Positions 21,307 to 32,546 of a DNA stretch of 64,000 bases are shown here, piece by piece. Every line of letters begins with the position of its first letter. Within the stretch, counting starts at the first letter, position 1. The DNA lies in NCBI GenBank assembly GCA_024346625.1, contig AP024664.1, forward strand, positions 2,976,001 through 3,040,000. The letters are read 5' to 3'. The translations under genes and the position numbers were made by a program. The notes under the pieces were generated by a model. The model worked only from the letters and a program-made list of their open reading frames with translations, ran no database searches and had not been told where the DNA came from. This DNA comes from Williopsis jadinii (Eukaryota).

Positions 21307-22386
21307 CTATCCACTTGTTGTTGTTTCTTCACACACATCAACAGTAAAGTCAAAGTCGTCTGTACGACCCTCGAATCCCTCGTCAGCGTTACCGGTCATA
21401 AGGATGGGTAGGTCCTCCTTGTTTTTATCTTCGTGTTCAGTAGATAGCTCTCTCCAGGCCACAAGACCGCCTATGGTGATGAACAGCACAGCAGTGCTCA
21501 GACTCCAGAGCAACAGCACACCAAATACATAGCTTAGCGTTCTGTAATGGTATAGATAGTGTCTAATACCACTCCAGCTGACGCTTATTTCCAAAACTGA
21601 AGTCTTGGGATCGATGAGAAGCTCCCTTCTGAATTCTAATACCACGCACAGCGACTCGCCATCTGGAAGGAAGTTTCCCAATTTTATGTCTTTCAAGAGA
21701 GTTATGGTGTCTGAGCGGGTAGAGTACTCCCATTCACCAACCACTTCAGGTATAAATCCTTGTAACAAAGGCGGTGCAAACGTCTTGATTGTTTTCTTCT
21801 TCCTTTGACAATCCCACACGAGAGTGTTTTTGCGGGAGGTGTACAGTCCACTGTCTAACAAATCTGGAGACACCGTGTCCAAGTCTTGTGTAACAGACCA
21901 TCCATAGTTATTAGCGTACCATTTGGCATCATGGGAAGTTGTATCCATATCGTATGGGTTATAAGAATCCAGCATTTGAAATAGCTCAGAACTCATCAAC
22001 GTTACCTGATACATCGTGGATGCATAGCGAGGCGATTCATAGTCCGTGCACAGAGGGGAAATCTTCAAATTGAAGTCGTAGTGCAATGTCTTGTCGAGTT
22101 GTTCAAGACCTTTAACAGCTCGTGGTATGTTACCTTGATGCGGTGGTGGGGGTGACGACATGTCGCTAAAAACGATAAAAGGTCCAGTTCCAGTGGGATA
22201 GTTCAAGGAAAAATCATCAAAGCTCAGTGATATAGATGGGATTGGAATCAATTTGTTATAGAAGTAGTTGAAAGAGAGACAAGCAAGCGGTAGTAGCAAC
22301 GTAAACGATACGGAAACCGTCGTCCATGCTATTAACAACACGCGCAACGTTATTATGGGAATTCTCAAGTTCAAGTATTCTGCCAT
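21307..22386 (-). CDS. SEI1: Seipin (lipid droplet biogenesis)
   Basis: Two TM segments flanking a luminal domain, WSGIRHYLYHYRTLSYVFG motif; syntenic with SFP1. Confidence 0.8.
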   Translation of the reverse strand: MAEYLNLRIPIITLRVLLIAWTTVSVSFTLLLPLACLSFNYFYNKLIPIPSISLSFDDFSLNYPTGTGPFIVFSDMSSPPPPHQGNIPRAVKGLEQLDKTLHYDFNLKISPLCTDYESPRYASTMYQVTLMSSELFQMLDSYNPYDMDTTSHDAKWYANNYGWSVTQDLDTVSPDLLDSGLYTSRKNTLVWDCQRKKKTIKTFAPPLLQGFIPEVVGEWEYSTRSDTITLLKDIKLGNFLPDGESLCVVLEFRRELLIDPKTSVLEISVSWSGIRHYLYHYRTLSYVFGVLLLWSLSTAVLFITIGGLVAWRELSTEHEDKNKEDLPILMTGNADEGFEGRTDDFDFTVDVCEETTTSG

Positions 22387-23448
22387 TGTATATGAGTGTA
22401 TTACTTGGTAGCAATTGCCTGACACGGAATACGGAGCCTCTACTAATTCACCACAATGTTGATCATTGTTGCCACTATGTAATGGAGAACATCAACCACC
22501 TTAAAAATAGACGATCCACACCTCCAACGAGCTGAGAAAAACCCACAGTCGCGGAATTGGTGCAACGTTCTACTTAACTTCTTCGATGAACAGCTGATGT
22601 ATAGCGTATCTATACCCAAATATCCATCACATTTCCACCCCTTTGTCATCACAACTAGATTGTACACTAAGCCATTTCCATAACTAACCGTATTATGAAT
22701 TTATTGCGTATAATGGGCCATACCTCCACGTTTTTTCTTCCATCAGTGTCGAACCACTTATGCATACTACAGCTACTTCTATCTTTAACCACCTTGAAAC
22801 AGATTCTACTGCGCCCAGTGCTTGGATACAACCATCAACTCAATTCGCACCCAGAAGTGATGCTAACCACGCGCTTATATCTCTGAAATCACCGCATCAT
22901 AAGGACACACCTCCTGTGTGTGGTCATCACACCCAGCTTCCATGCATTGCTGCGTTTTCTCTTTCACCCAATTCCCAACACACTCTCACTCCATCACTCC
23001 ATCTGTACTCAACTGCCTACCGAGCACAAACTCCCTCGATGGAAGCTCCACAGTTGTTTTCTACCCATCGCGTGACGCTCATATTCAACCCCCAATTGCT
23101 GAGAGGGAACCAGCTTGAGACTCGAGTGAGATGTTCGGATGTTATCTGACACATCCAGAACTCTGTGGCTCGCCGCGCTAAAGTCGTAGTTCTGTTCAAA
23201 TTTGCCGGCCGGAGATGAGCATCTCCGGCGGTTAGAGCCACTGTAAACTATGGCGTTTAAGCGGTCCGCCATATCTCATCGCGCCAATAATACTCAATTC
23301 GGACCTTCTCCCGCCCAGTGATGATGGTGAAGAGGTGGAAAGCAGTAGAGTCACGGTAGTGTGACGAATTCTTAGCCACTATAAAAGAGCGGAGAATTGT
23401 CTTCTGTGTTCTTCTTATTCAGTAGTTTGAATTTGTACACCAGATCAA

Positions 23449-24960
23449 ATGACCCAACCACCTCAGAAGAAACAGAAGAAAGAGAAGAAGGTTCTTGTCC
23501 TTAACTTCTTTGAAGCTTTGACACCAGTGCTCCACTCCCCAGGCCAGTGGAGAAATCCAATTGACACCTCCAGGGACTACACCAAGGCCGAGTACTGGGT
23601 GAAAATCGCCCAGTTGGCTGAACGTGGTAAGATTCACTCTATATTCATTGGTGATTCTCTCGCTGTTTACGGTGGATACAAGTCAGAAGGCTGGGGTGGT
23701 CCATTCAACTACGAGGAAGCGGCAAAGTCTGGTAATAACTTCCCAAAGAATGATCCAACTGCTTACTTGGCTGCCGTTGCCATTTCGACCAAAAACGTGT
23801 CCCTTGGTATCACTTGTTCCACATTGACTGAACACCCCTACCATTTCGCAAGAAGAATGGCCACTCTAGATCATATCTCAGGTGGTCGTGTGGGCTGGAA
23901 CGTTGTCACATCTGTTCTCCCATCTGCTGGAAGACAGTTGGCTGACAACAACATCCACCCTGAGAAGGATTTGAGATACGAAAAGACCGATGAGTATCTC
24001 CAAGTGTTCTACGAGTTATTGCTGTCATCTTGGAGAGATGATGGTGTTGTCTTTGACAGAGAAAGAGGTGTCTTCTCTGAGCCAGACAGAATCAGAGAAA
24101 TCAATTTTGACGGGAAGTACTTCAGAGTTCCAGGACCTCAAATCACTGAACCAACTGCCGGCAGAATTCCATTGATCATCCAAGCTGGTGCTTCTCCAAA
24201 GGGTAGACACCTTGGTGCTAAGCACGCTGAAGTTGTCTTCTTGCACGGTGATGTCCCAAGTGATGTTGTCAAGCAAATTGACGAAACAAGAGCTTTGGCA
24301 AAAGACGTCTATGGTAGAAACCCAGATCACCTCAAGTTTATCACTTTGGTCAAGGTTGTTGTCGGTAAGACACACGAAGAGGCACGCAAGAAGCACGAGG
24401 ATGTTCTAAGATATCACGACTTGGATGGTGCACTTATCCAAGCCAGTACATTTATTGATTTTGGTAAGTTTGAATGGGATGAGGATCTTTCAAAGATTTC
24501 TGACCCAGCTGTTCAAGGAGTTGTCGCCAGTTTCAAGCACAAGAAGTATTACAAGGAAGGTGATATCATCACAAGACGTTATGTTGCTAAGAACGTGTAC
24601 TTTGGTACCTACTTCTGGGGTTCTGCAGAGGAAGTTGCTGATCAGCTCGAGGAGTATGTCGAAAAAACTGGTATCGATGGTTTCAACTTCACCAGCGTTG
24701 TACACAACCAAACCTTTGAAGATATCGTGGACATTCTCGTCCCAGAGCTTCAAAAGAGAGGTCTTGCTCAGAAGGACTACGCTGTGGAAGGTGGCTCCTA
24801 CAGAGAGCAAGTTTATGGCCAAGAAGGTCACAAATTTGTTCCAGAAGACCACTACGCTTATGGTTTGAGATGGCAGGCCGGTGAACCAAAGGCAGACTTT
24901 GAGAGTAGATTGGCCAAATTGAAGAAGCAGCAGGAAAGCTTGAAGATATATGCTGATTAG
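23449..24960 (+). CDS. Bacterial-luciferase-like flavin-dependent monooxygenase (NtaA/SnaA/DszA/DmoA family)
   Basis: GQWRNP, LAERGKIHSIFIGD, PYHFARRMATLDHISGGRVGWNVVTS, PLIIQAGASPKG, GSAEEVADQL..GIDGFN, LVPELQKRG; TATAAAA near 23380. Confidence 0.93.
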   Translation: MTQPPQKKQKKEKKVLVLNFFEALTPVLHSPGQWRNPIDTSRDYTKAEYWVKIAQLAERGKIHSIFIGDSLAVYGGYKSEGWGGPFNYEEAAKSGNNFPKNDPTAYLAAVAISTKNVSLGITCSTLTEHPYHFARRMATLDHISGGRVGWNVVTSVLPSAGRQLADNNIHPEKDLRYEKTDEYLQVFYELLLSSWRDDGVVFDRERGVFSEPDRIREINFDGKYFRVPGPQITEPTAGRIPLIIQAGASPKGRHLGAKHAEVVFLHGDVPSDVVKQIDETRALAKDVYGRNPDHLKFITLVKVVVGKTHEEARKKHEDVLRYHDLDGALIQASTFIDFGKFEWDEDLSKISDPAVQGVVASFKHKKYYKEGDIITRRYVAKNVYFGTYFWGSAEEVADQLEEYVEKTGIDGFNFTSVVHNQTFEDIVDILVPELQKRGLAQKDYAVEGGSYREQVYGQEGHKFVPEDHYAYGLRWQAGEPKADFESRLAKLKKQQESLKIYAD

Positions 24961-25291
24961 TAATGTTTAAATACTAATGCAACTTGCAGTTTGTTCTGAA
25001 TTCTGTGAAGTAAGTAGAACCAAGCGAAAGATAAGACCATTAATACGAAGGACATTCTGAGGGAATACAGAATACAAGCTCTCGCTATCTTCGTAAGATT
25101 AGGAGTTTTGCTATGAGAAAGGCTTACAAGCAAACATGTATTTATATACGATGATCATTTAATTGACATCTCGGATATCACGAACTATTTCTTCAATGCA
25201 TTGATAGACAACAAACTCTGAAGGATTATTGAAACTCGTAGCTGAGCCATGAGCTAAGTGATCATCTGTAACCATATATAGTGAAAATGGT

Positions 25292-26848
25292 TTAAAAGAG
25301 CATCAGAGCCAAGAGAACTAGAGTGCCTTGAACACTGTCCACGATGTTCACAGCTGCATTGGCAGTCTCAAAGGATGATGTAGTGGCAGTTGTAGTGGCA
25401 GATTGGGACGTTGCACCAGTTGAGGTTTTTGTTTTTGTTGAAGCAGTGTTATCACCAGTGTTGTTAGAATCTCTTGTAGTTGTGGTGGTACCAGTGTTGT
25501 TAGAACCACCAGTAGTTGTGGTGGTACCGGTGTTGTTAGAGCCTCCATCTTCCGTGGCGCTCTTTGATGTCGTGGTAGTACTCGTGTGGTTGGAACCATT
25601 GTTGGTATTTCCATCACCGTCATCACTACCAGAGCCACTACCAGAGCCACTACCAGAGCCACTACCAGAGCCACTACCGGAGCCGCTGTCATCATCGTTT
25701 CCACCGTCATCACTACCAGAGCCACTACCGGAGCCGCTGTCATCATCGTTTCCACCGTTATCACTACCAGAACCACTACCGGAGCCGCTTCCATCGTTGT
25801 TGCCATCATCGCTACCTCCATCACCATCACCATCACCTGGCTCTGTTGATGTACCAATAATTGTCTGGTTAGCATAGTAGGTCTTGGTGATTGACTCACC
25901 ACCAGATGGGTCATCAAATGTCACTATAAAGGTTGCGTTAATCATTTCTGTGGTGTCAATTGGAGGTGATTTCAAGTAGTCACCTTCAACAGCGATGTGC
26001 AAAACTTGGTTATTATCAAGACCAGGTTCATACACAACGTGTGCAGTTGGATTCAAGTCTTCTTTCGATGGTTCATCCTCAACTGTTGCATCTGCAGTGG
26101 ATTCAGGTTGTTGGGACCCCTCTATTTGGACCACATAGATAGAAGTATCAATAGAATCTAGTGCCCATCCTTGACCTTCAATGTCAACACTGACAACCTT
26201 ATACCCCTGGGCAAGGTCTAGCGACAGGTTATTTCTTGCATACATCTCAAAATATACTGTGGTGTTATCACCAAGAGAGGATGTGGTGACTGGAAGTGTG
26301 TCAATGTAGTCACCATCATCATCAGAGCCACCATCATCATCAGAATTACCCCAGTCAATGATTGTACTGGCGCTGTAAACAGCAGGCTTAGCGGAAATGC
26401 TGTAATACACTGCAAAGTAAGCCGTGAATTCAGTGGTTACATTGATGTCTTCTTCCTTAACATCAGCAACAACACTAAGAGAGAAGGTGTTGTAACCCCC
26501 AACCCCACCTGTTGAATTTATGGAGTAGAAGACCTGACCATCTCCAATAGTAGCCCCTTCCAAGTCGATCACCATGTCACCACCACTAACTGCACTGGCT
26601 TGAGTACTGACAGGAACCCAGTTACCATAGACATTAATATCTGTGATATTGGCTGCTGCAAAACCAGAAGCATCATCGGACCATTTACCACCTATACTGA
26701 GACCAAACTCCAGTTGACTGTTATCAATAGACATGGCTTGCACACTAGGCGGGTCTGAATCACTTGGAAGAGATCCATCTCCCGAGAACTGAGCAAAGGA
26801 GAAATTGCTTGAAAGAATACCAAGAAGCAACGTTTGTAGAGGTCTCAT
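25292..26848 (-). CDS. Putative GPI-anchored cell-surface protein with G/S/D- and T-rich repeat stalk
   Basis: N-terminal signal peptide, beta-rich acidic ectodomain, (GS)n and GGSNNTGTTTTT repeats, C-terminal ANAA omega-like site followed by hydrophobic tail. Confidence 0.85.
   Translation of the reverse strand: MRPLQTLLLGILSSNFSFAQFSGDGSLPSDSDPPSVQAMSIDNSQLEFGLSIGGKWSDDASGFAAANITDINVYGNWVPVSTQASAVSGGDMVIDLEGATIGDGQVFYSINSTGGVGGYNTFSLSVVADVKEEDINVTTEFTAYFAVYYSISAKPAVYSASTIIDWGNSDDDGGSDDDGDYIDTLPVTTSSLGDNTTVYFEMYARNNLSLDLAQGYKVVSVDIEGQGWALDSIDTSIYVVQIEGSQQPESTADATVEDEPSKEDLNPTAHVVYEPGLDNNQVLHIAVEGDYLKSPPIDTTEMINATFIVTFDDPSGGESITKTYYANQTIIGTSTEPGDGDGDGGSDDGNNDGSGSGSGSGSDNGGNDDDSGSGSGSGSDDGGNDDDSGSGSGSGSGSGSGSGSGSGSDDGDGNTNNGSNHTSTTTTSKSATEDGGSNNTGTTTTTGGSNNTGTTTTTRDSNNTGDNTASTKTKTSTGATSQSATTTATTSSFETANAAVNIVDSVQGTLVLLALMLF
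25445..25840 (-). repeat. Coding minisatellites in the GPI protein stalk
   Basis: CCAGAGCCACTA 12-mers (GSGS), repeated GGNDDDSGSGSGSGSD blocks, and about three GGSNNTGTTTTT units. Confidence 0.9.
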
Positions 26849-27791
26849 TTTGTGTTCCCCTTCAGAATGTTTACTTCCCTGTTATGTTTATAAGTGTCTG
26901 TAGACTTACCAACAGAATCTACAAATGCTTAAACTGTGTATCTATTGGAAGAGATGGCCCCCAATTTATATTCTTCGACAGATTGCACAGTTCTTGACGT
27001 GCCAATATAAAAGTACCACATATACTCATCTGTGCAGGGTCTCTCCAGATTGAAATGACCATTGTCCAATGACTTTACACAGTCATTCGGTCCACTCTTT
27101 CAGAAAGGTGATCGGACAACTGGGACTCTCCGTCACTTGTGGAGTGCATATTGTGTGTGTTTATTGTTAGCCTTACGCCGCAGCGAGGCAACAGCCCATT
27201 CAGTACATTCAGTTGGCAACACTGGAGGAAATCACACTAGAATAGTTAGGTCTGTGAATTGATTTGTTCTTAAAATAAAACACTCTCCATGGTTTAATAT
27301 GGTGAAATACTACACAACATGGCAGTTACGCATGTTAGGGTCTAGCGCAGCTTTGCCAAATTCCGTCGTAGTTTATGCAAACGTCACGCACTCACAAGCA
27401 GAACACATTTTTAATACCTTCACCCTGCGTGAATGGTACAGTCATATGGCCATACCTCTGCATAGTTGTTGGGTTTGGTGGGAGCTATGCGAGCTTAATC
27501 TTCAGGACACAGTGAGCAGTGGAAACTAAGTCAGGAGAGGATGTATGGTTTGCTGTCTGCTGTCGAGTTAGTGTGATCTGCATCGCAAATAGGCGGTGAA
27601 TCTTGAATCAGGACCTAGTTAACTGCATATGGCCCACGGCTCTAGTGATTTGAATTGGTTAGAATACCATGAAGATGTCATGTGAATGTTTCCCCACCAT
27701 CGCAGACCTGGGAGCATCATACGAGATTCATGTGTTCTAATAGGTGAAGGTTTTAAAAAGAGTTCACACAGCTGAGAGAGACATGGTTGTT

Positions 27792-27842
27792 CTTGTGCTG
27801 AAGTGCTATAATGCTTGTGCTGAAGTGCTATAATGCTTGTGC
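27792..27842. repeat. 22-bp tandem duplication (CTTGTGCTGAAGTGCTATAATG x2.3)
   Basis: Exact repeat read directly. Confidence 0.95.
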
Positions 27843-29654
27843 AAGGAAGCGCATAATCCAGACCCACGTTTTGAAATACATCATGGACGCCGAAGGTGTG
27901 GAGGATACTAATACTCAGCACAATTCTTCTGTTCCTGAGATAGAGGGTTTGTCTATTAAGCTTGTAATTTGGTCTCAAGATGCAGTGCTAAACGAAACTA
28001 ACATCTGTGCTAGGCACGATTCTTGGCCTAGATCTCAACAGCCATAAGCCTTGGTTCATAACACATACATCGTAGTTGACAGCGTCTTTCTGTTAGGTTA
28101 CATGGAGAGAAATCGCAATCATTGCGTATCCCATGTACTCAATCGTGTGTCTATGTTTATAAATGTTAGGAATACACCGTTTGCATGTAAATACACAGTG
28201 ACTTCAATGAGCAGTGCTTCTCACCTGTTCAGTAAAATTCGAATACATTGCGTTACATGTATATCACCAACTTTATAGTGCAGTAGGTCACTATAGGTCT
28301 CTCAGAACTTGCGCACATTTGTCAGTTGTTTTAGGGGAAGCGCATATATGTGAGATCTTTTAGGGGAAGTGCATGATGGTCTATCGATGGAAATTTTACT
28401 CGATGTTTGCTAGTCTACACGTTCACCAGTCTTTTGAAAACAGAAACTTTTACAAGAGTGCTTACGCCAGTGGGAGCACATGAGCGAGCTATCCCATAAA
28501 CCACGTGGCATTACTTTGTGTCAAAGCGAATATCAATGTTACAACACATCCTGTCGGAGGATAATGAGACCTTACAGTTGAAGCTAATTATCGCTTCCGT
28601 TGCCTCATGTATGTGCAATCTCAAGCCCCATCTTGACAGCCGAGGAATATTCCCGCTCTTGCCTTGGTGCGGTCAACATATACGCAAACTATACCTAATG
28701 ACCCATGGACCGGGGAATGGAAAATTTAGCACATATGGCGTGTCCGCGTAATGATTTCGAAACCACTAATTGTTGTGCTGAATACTCTTCTTGGTATATA
28801 GGCTTGTGGCAAGTAGGCACACACTTGATATCGGTGTCGTTAACCATGTAGTGTATGCTGATATTGCATTCGTGGTTTGTCCATGGCTAGAAGCTCTACT
28901 TTAATTGGAACAACCAATTTCACAGAGGGACATATCTGCACACACATACTCAGAGCCCACTAGCTTACATGATACCGTCACTAAAGTCTTAGGGCAAATC
29001 AACACGCCTGACTCAGTGCATGACCAATCTGGCCGGCTCTTCGCAAGCTCACAATCAGCAGTTGGTCAATCCCAGTGAATACGAGTCCTCCCGCCCCCCC
29101 CCCCGGGACCGTCGAATCTCGAAGGGCATAATGCACTGGTGAGTTTCTTACAAACCTTCAATGCTAAGTGCCGATAGTACTACAAAAGGGGAACATGCCC
29201 TACAACCTCACTCCTCTAAGACTCTTTATACTCATGATCCATATGCATATTTTCCAACAAGTATAGTATAGACGTAGAGAATAACGCATAACAAAACAAA
29301 CATGCTATCACCGTCCCTAGTATTAAAGTTTGAATAGACAACCATATCCAAGCTTGAAAGCAGAAGTCTAAGGGAATCCGAGCCTGACCTCACCACTAGA
29401 AGAAAATATATAACACAAACCGTACACCGTGATTAAAACCTATCCGAGATCACAGTGAGCGAATACCGACAAAAGAGACAAAAGCAGACAACATAAAACA
29501 AAACAATCACAGACACCAGGAAGCAGCATTGACGCCAAAATATAAAACATAATCAACAAGGGAAAACAACCACCGAAGGGAGAGAGGGATGTTGATAATA
29601 GAGAAACAAACACATTATTATTGTTTTTTCCATGATCTAAAAGTTCAAAAGCCT

Positions 29655-30896
29655 TCAATGCGTGGTGTGACCTCTATGATACTTCAATCCGTTCAGGTTC
29701 TTATACCTCTTACCACAAACTTCACATCTGTAAGGCTTATCCTGCTCCAACCCGGCTCCATCATTCGGATCTATTATGGAGTAGGTTCCATCTGGATTCA
29801 AGTGTAATTTCTGGTTTTGATGTCCATGAATTCTGTGATATTTCAACCCGTTTTGGTTCTTATAAGTCTTATTACAACCTATAACAGGACACGTGAACGG
29901 CTTTTCAGAGCCTTGTGCAACGTACAAGTTCCGTGAGGGGTCATCTATGAACTGCTCCTCCTGCTCGTCATCTAGATCCATCGCAGAATCGTCGTTATCC
30001 AACGACATTGGGAATGGCGCTGATTGTTGTTGAGAATGTTGTGCAAATTGTGAATCATTGCCCACTGAAATGTCGAATTGACTATTATTGAGCTGTTGAC
30101 CTGGACCTAGCCTCGACTGTTCTGGGATCTCAGCTAACCCTCCCTGGTGCGATAACGAGTCACGGATCTGGTTCATCTGCTGATTATCAAAGGACGGCTG
30201 CGTGAAGCCAAATTGACTACGCTGCTGTTGAAGCTGTTGCTGCTGTTGTATACGTTGCTGCTGCTGGTGATGGTGGTGGTGATGATGATGTTGTACCTGC
30301 TGCTGACCATGCAATTGGCTCTGTATCTGATGCTGCTGGTTTTGTTGATTATGCTGCGGTTGAAGCTGTTGTTGACGCATCTGCTGTTGAATACCCATCT
30401 GGTTGTTAATGTTGTTGTGAATAAACACATCAGTCGTCGATACAGTATCAAAGTTTTGTATGGGTTTCGGTTGATGCGTTGGTGGCGTTGGAGAGATGTG
30501 CGATTCTTCGTAATGCTTGAGCAGATCGTGCAACGTCGGGAGCAGCTGTCCACAACAGGAGTAGTCCTTACAGTAGTTTGCCTCTAAATCAGGGAGATAT
30601 GAGGCCTGTAAAGGAGGAGACATGGATTGTTGGTAATTTTGGTTCTGCAAGTTCAGTTGGTTTTGCATCAGCACCTCATCCTTCAACCACGAGCCTATGG
30701 TGACGGAGCCCCACGATATACCACCGACACCTTGTGAATGCGCTACGGAGTCCCTTCTAAAGTTAGAGCGTCCGTTGACCGACTGCTGAAGGTGTGCCTG
30801 CTGCGGATGCAGCTGGCCAAATGCTGAGCCACGTCTCTGGTACGATATGTCAATGGGCTGTGACTCTGGAGCAGCGTTGAACATTCCGTTATTCAT
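29655..30896 (-). CDS. SFP1: Split zinc-finger regulator of Ribi/RP genes
   Basis: GGISWGSVTIGSWLKDEV, YCKDYSCCG..LHDLLKHYEESH, KPFTCPVIGCNKTYKNQNGLKYH, KPYRCEVCGKRYKNLNGLKYH; Q/H-rich middle. Confidence 0.96.
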   Translation of the reverse strand: MNNGMFNAAPESQPIDISYQRRGSAFGQLHPQQAHLQQSVNGRSNFRRDSVAHSQGVGGISWGSVTIGSWLKDEVLMQNQLNLQNQNYQQSMSPPLQASYLPDLEANYCKDYSCCGQLLPTLHDLLKHYEESHISPTPPTHQPKPIQNFDTVSTTDVFIHNNINNQMGIQQQMRQQQLQPQHNQQNQQHQIQSQLHGQQQVQHHHHHHHHQQQQRIQQQQQLQQQRSQFGFTQPSFDNQQMNQIRDSLSHQGGLAEIPEQSRLGPGQQLNNSQFDISVGNDSQFAQHSQQQSAPFPMSLDNDDSAMDLDDEQEEQFIDDPSRNLYVAQGSEKPFTCPVIGCNKTYKNQNGLKYHRIHGHQNQKLHLNPDGTYSIIDPNDGAGLEQDKPYRCEVCGKRYKNLNGLKYHRGHTTH

Positions 30897-31399
30897 CGTC
30901 TAGTGTTTTCCTTTTGTTTTTTCTTTCTTTCCACGTCGACCTTGTTGGCGTGTAATTTCCCCCTTTGGTGATGGCGCAACCTTTGCAAGCGGAGATGATG
31001 ATGAGATTGAAATTCACTGACAAATTCCAACAACGTACAGCTCTCCCGGTTATGGTTCTATACAAGGCACACACGAAAAAGACCACCAAACAGCAGAGAC
31101 TTTAAATATCAACTGATTGAAAAATCGGTTTTGTAACTCCGGTGATTTGCGTTGCAGAGGGATGGAAGTGGAAACAACACAGCACTCAGAGCCCAACGAT
31201 AAGACAACAACCGACTTCTATGGAAGGCAAATTAAACCGCCACAGCCAAAGAATCAAGGACCAAAATTCACCCAAAGATATCAGGCAGTGAAAGGAGACG
31301 GAAATATGACTGTGTATTCCCTTCTCCGTATAACAGTGCAAATGGATGTTGTCCTCACTCTATTTTACCTTCAATCGTTCAAAGCTTCTACACCTGGGT

Positions 31400-31412
31400 A
31401 ATGTATGGATGT
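31400..31412 (-). promoter_or_regulatory. Rap1 consensus site upstream of SFP1
   Basis: Minus strand reads ACATCCATACATT. Confidence 0.6.
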
Positions 31413-32546
31413 ATATAGACCTTGGACTGTTTTCCCCCCTGTGGTACTCTCTATATGTTAAGAGGAGGATGTGTGGGATTTGTAAAGGACTTGAACTCCC
31501 TGTTGCTTTTTTGGTTTTCGTGAGAAGAGGGTACTTTCCTGTATCTGGCGAGATTGAAAAATTGGTTTCGCCCGCCCAATTTTATCGTTTTGGGTACTTG
31601 GGAGGCCAATCACAGGGGGTACACTCCCGCCCCGGAAAGGGTAAATTCCGAGGGCATGCACCTGACGGTTGGGCAACACTCGAGGGCGTATGGACCAATA
31701 ACAGTGGCGGAGTGGCTCTACCGGGATCGTCAGGGAAGGCCACAAATTGCACCGAACACCGAACTAGTGCTGCATACCGGATACATAGAAGTTATTCAGC
31801 ATCTGGATTACCAATCAGGCTGACTCCAAGGAAGGTGAGGCAGGGGACGGTATAATCGCATGCTCCAGGTTGATCCCAATGCTGTTTATCCTATTAAATT
31901 CCAAGAGATAAGGCACCGAATAGCACCTGTGTACCCAAAGCTGTGTTTTGGCACGATTCCGAAACCGATCCCATCGCCACTCAGGCACCGCCTGTACGTT
32001 TAAGGAATCCCGGTCATATGTGCACGGATATAGGTTCGCATGCAAAATGCCACCATACACTGACCCCCTTCCCAGATCCGTAGAAACGTAGCATGATTAT
32101 GTGAAGGAATGGATTATTATTACCAGTTGCGTTATCAAGCTATGTCGTGTAAACAGTGGAGATCTGATTTAAGCAGGCCCTTTGAATTCGAACTAGTGCC
32201 AATGCCCAAAGGCTTAACGGAATCGAATCGACGTCAACCTACGTCATACAAAATTAAACTGCGGTGCGGGCTGTTTCAAGTGCGCTCTTCTCATCGCTCT
32301 TCGTGTGCCTGAAATTCATGGGAGCACGACGCCATTGCCCGGTTCAGCTCGGCTGTGTGCTGTTCGCAAACTGGTGGAAGTTGACACCATCACAAAGGAA
32401 ACAAAGGTTGCTAATTCGGTTTTTCGTGTGTGCCTTTGAGCGGGTGATTTATATAAGGCCTTCAAATTCTCTGATTGATAAATATATCAAGAGAGTTAAA
32501 CAGCTAAAAAGGACAATAACAATACGTGGAATAAGGAGAAAGAACA

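Noticed and set aside
25344..25917. Alternative-frame and antisense ORFs in the GPI gene
   Set aside because: Artefacts of the GS/T repeat stalk
26850..29650. LTR or transposon in the gene-free tract
   Set aside because: No terminal repeats, PBS, target-site duplication or transposase/gag-pol fragments could be identified by eye
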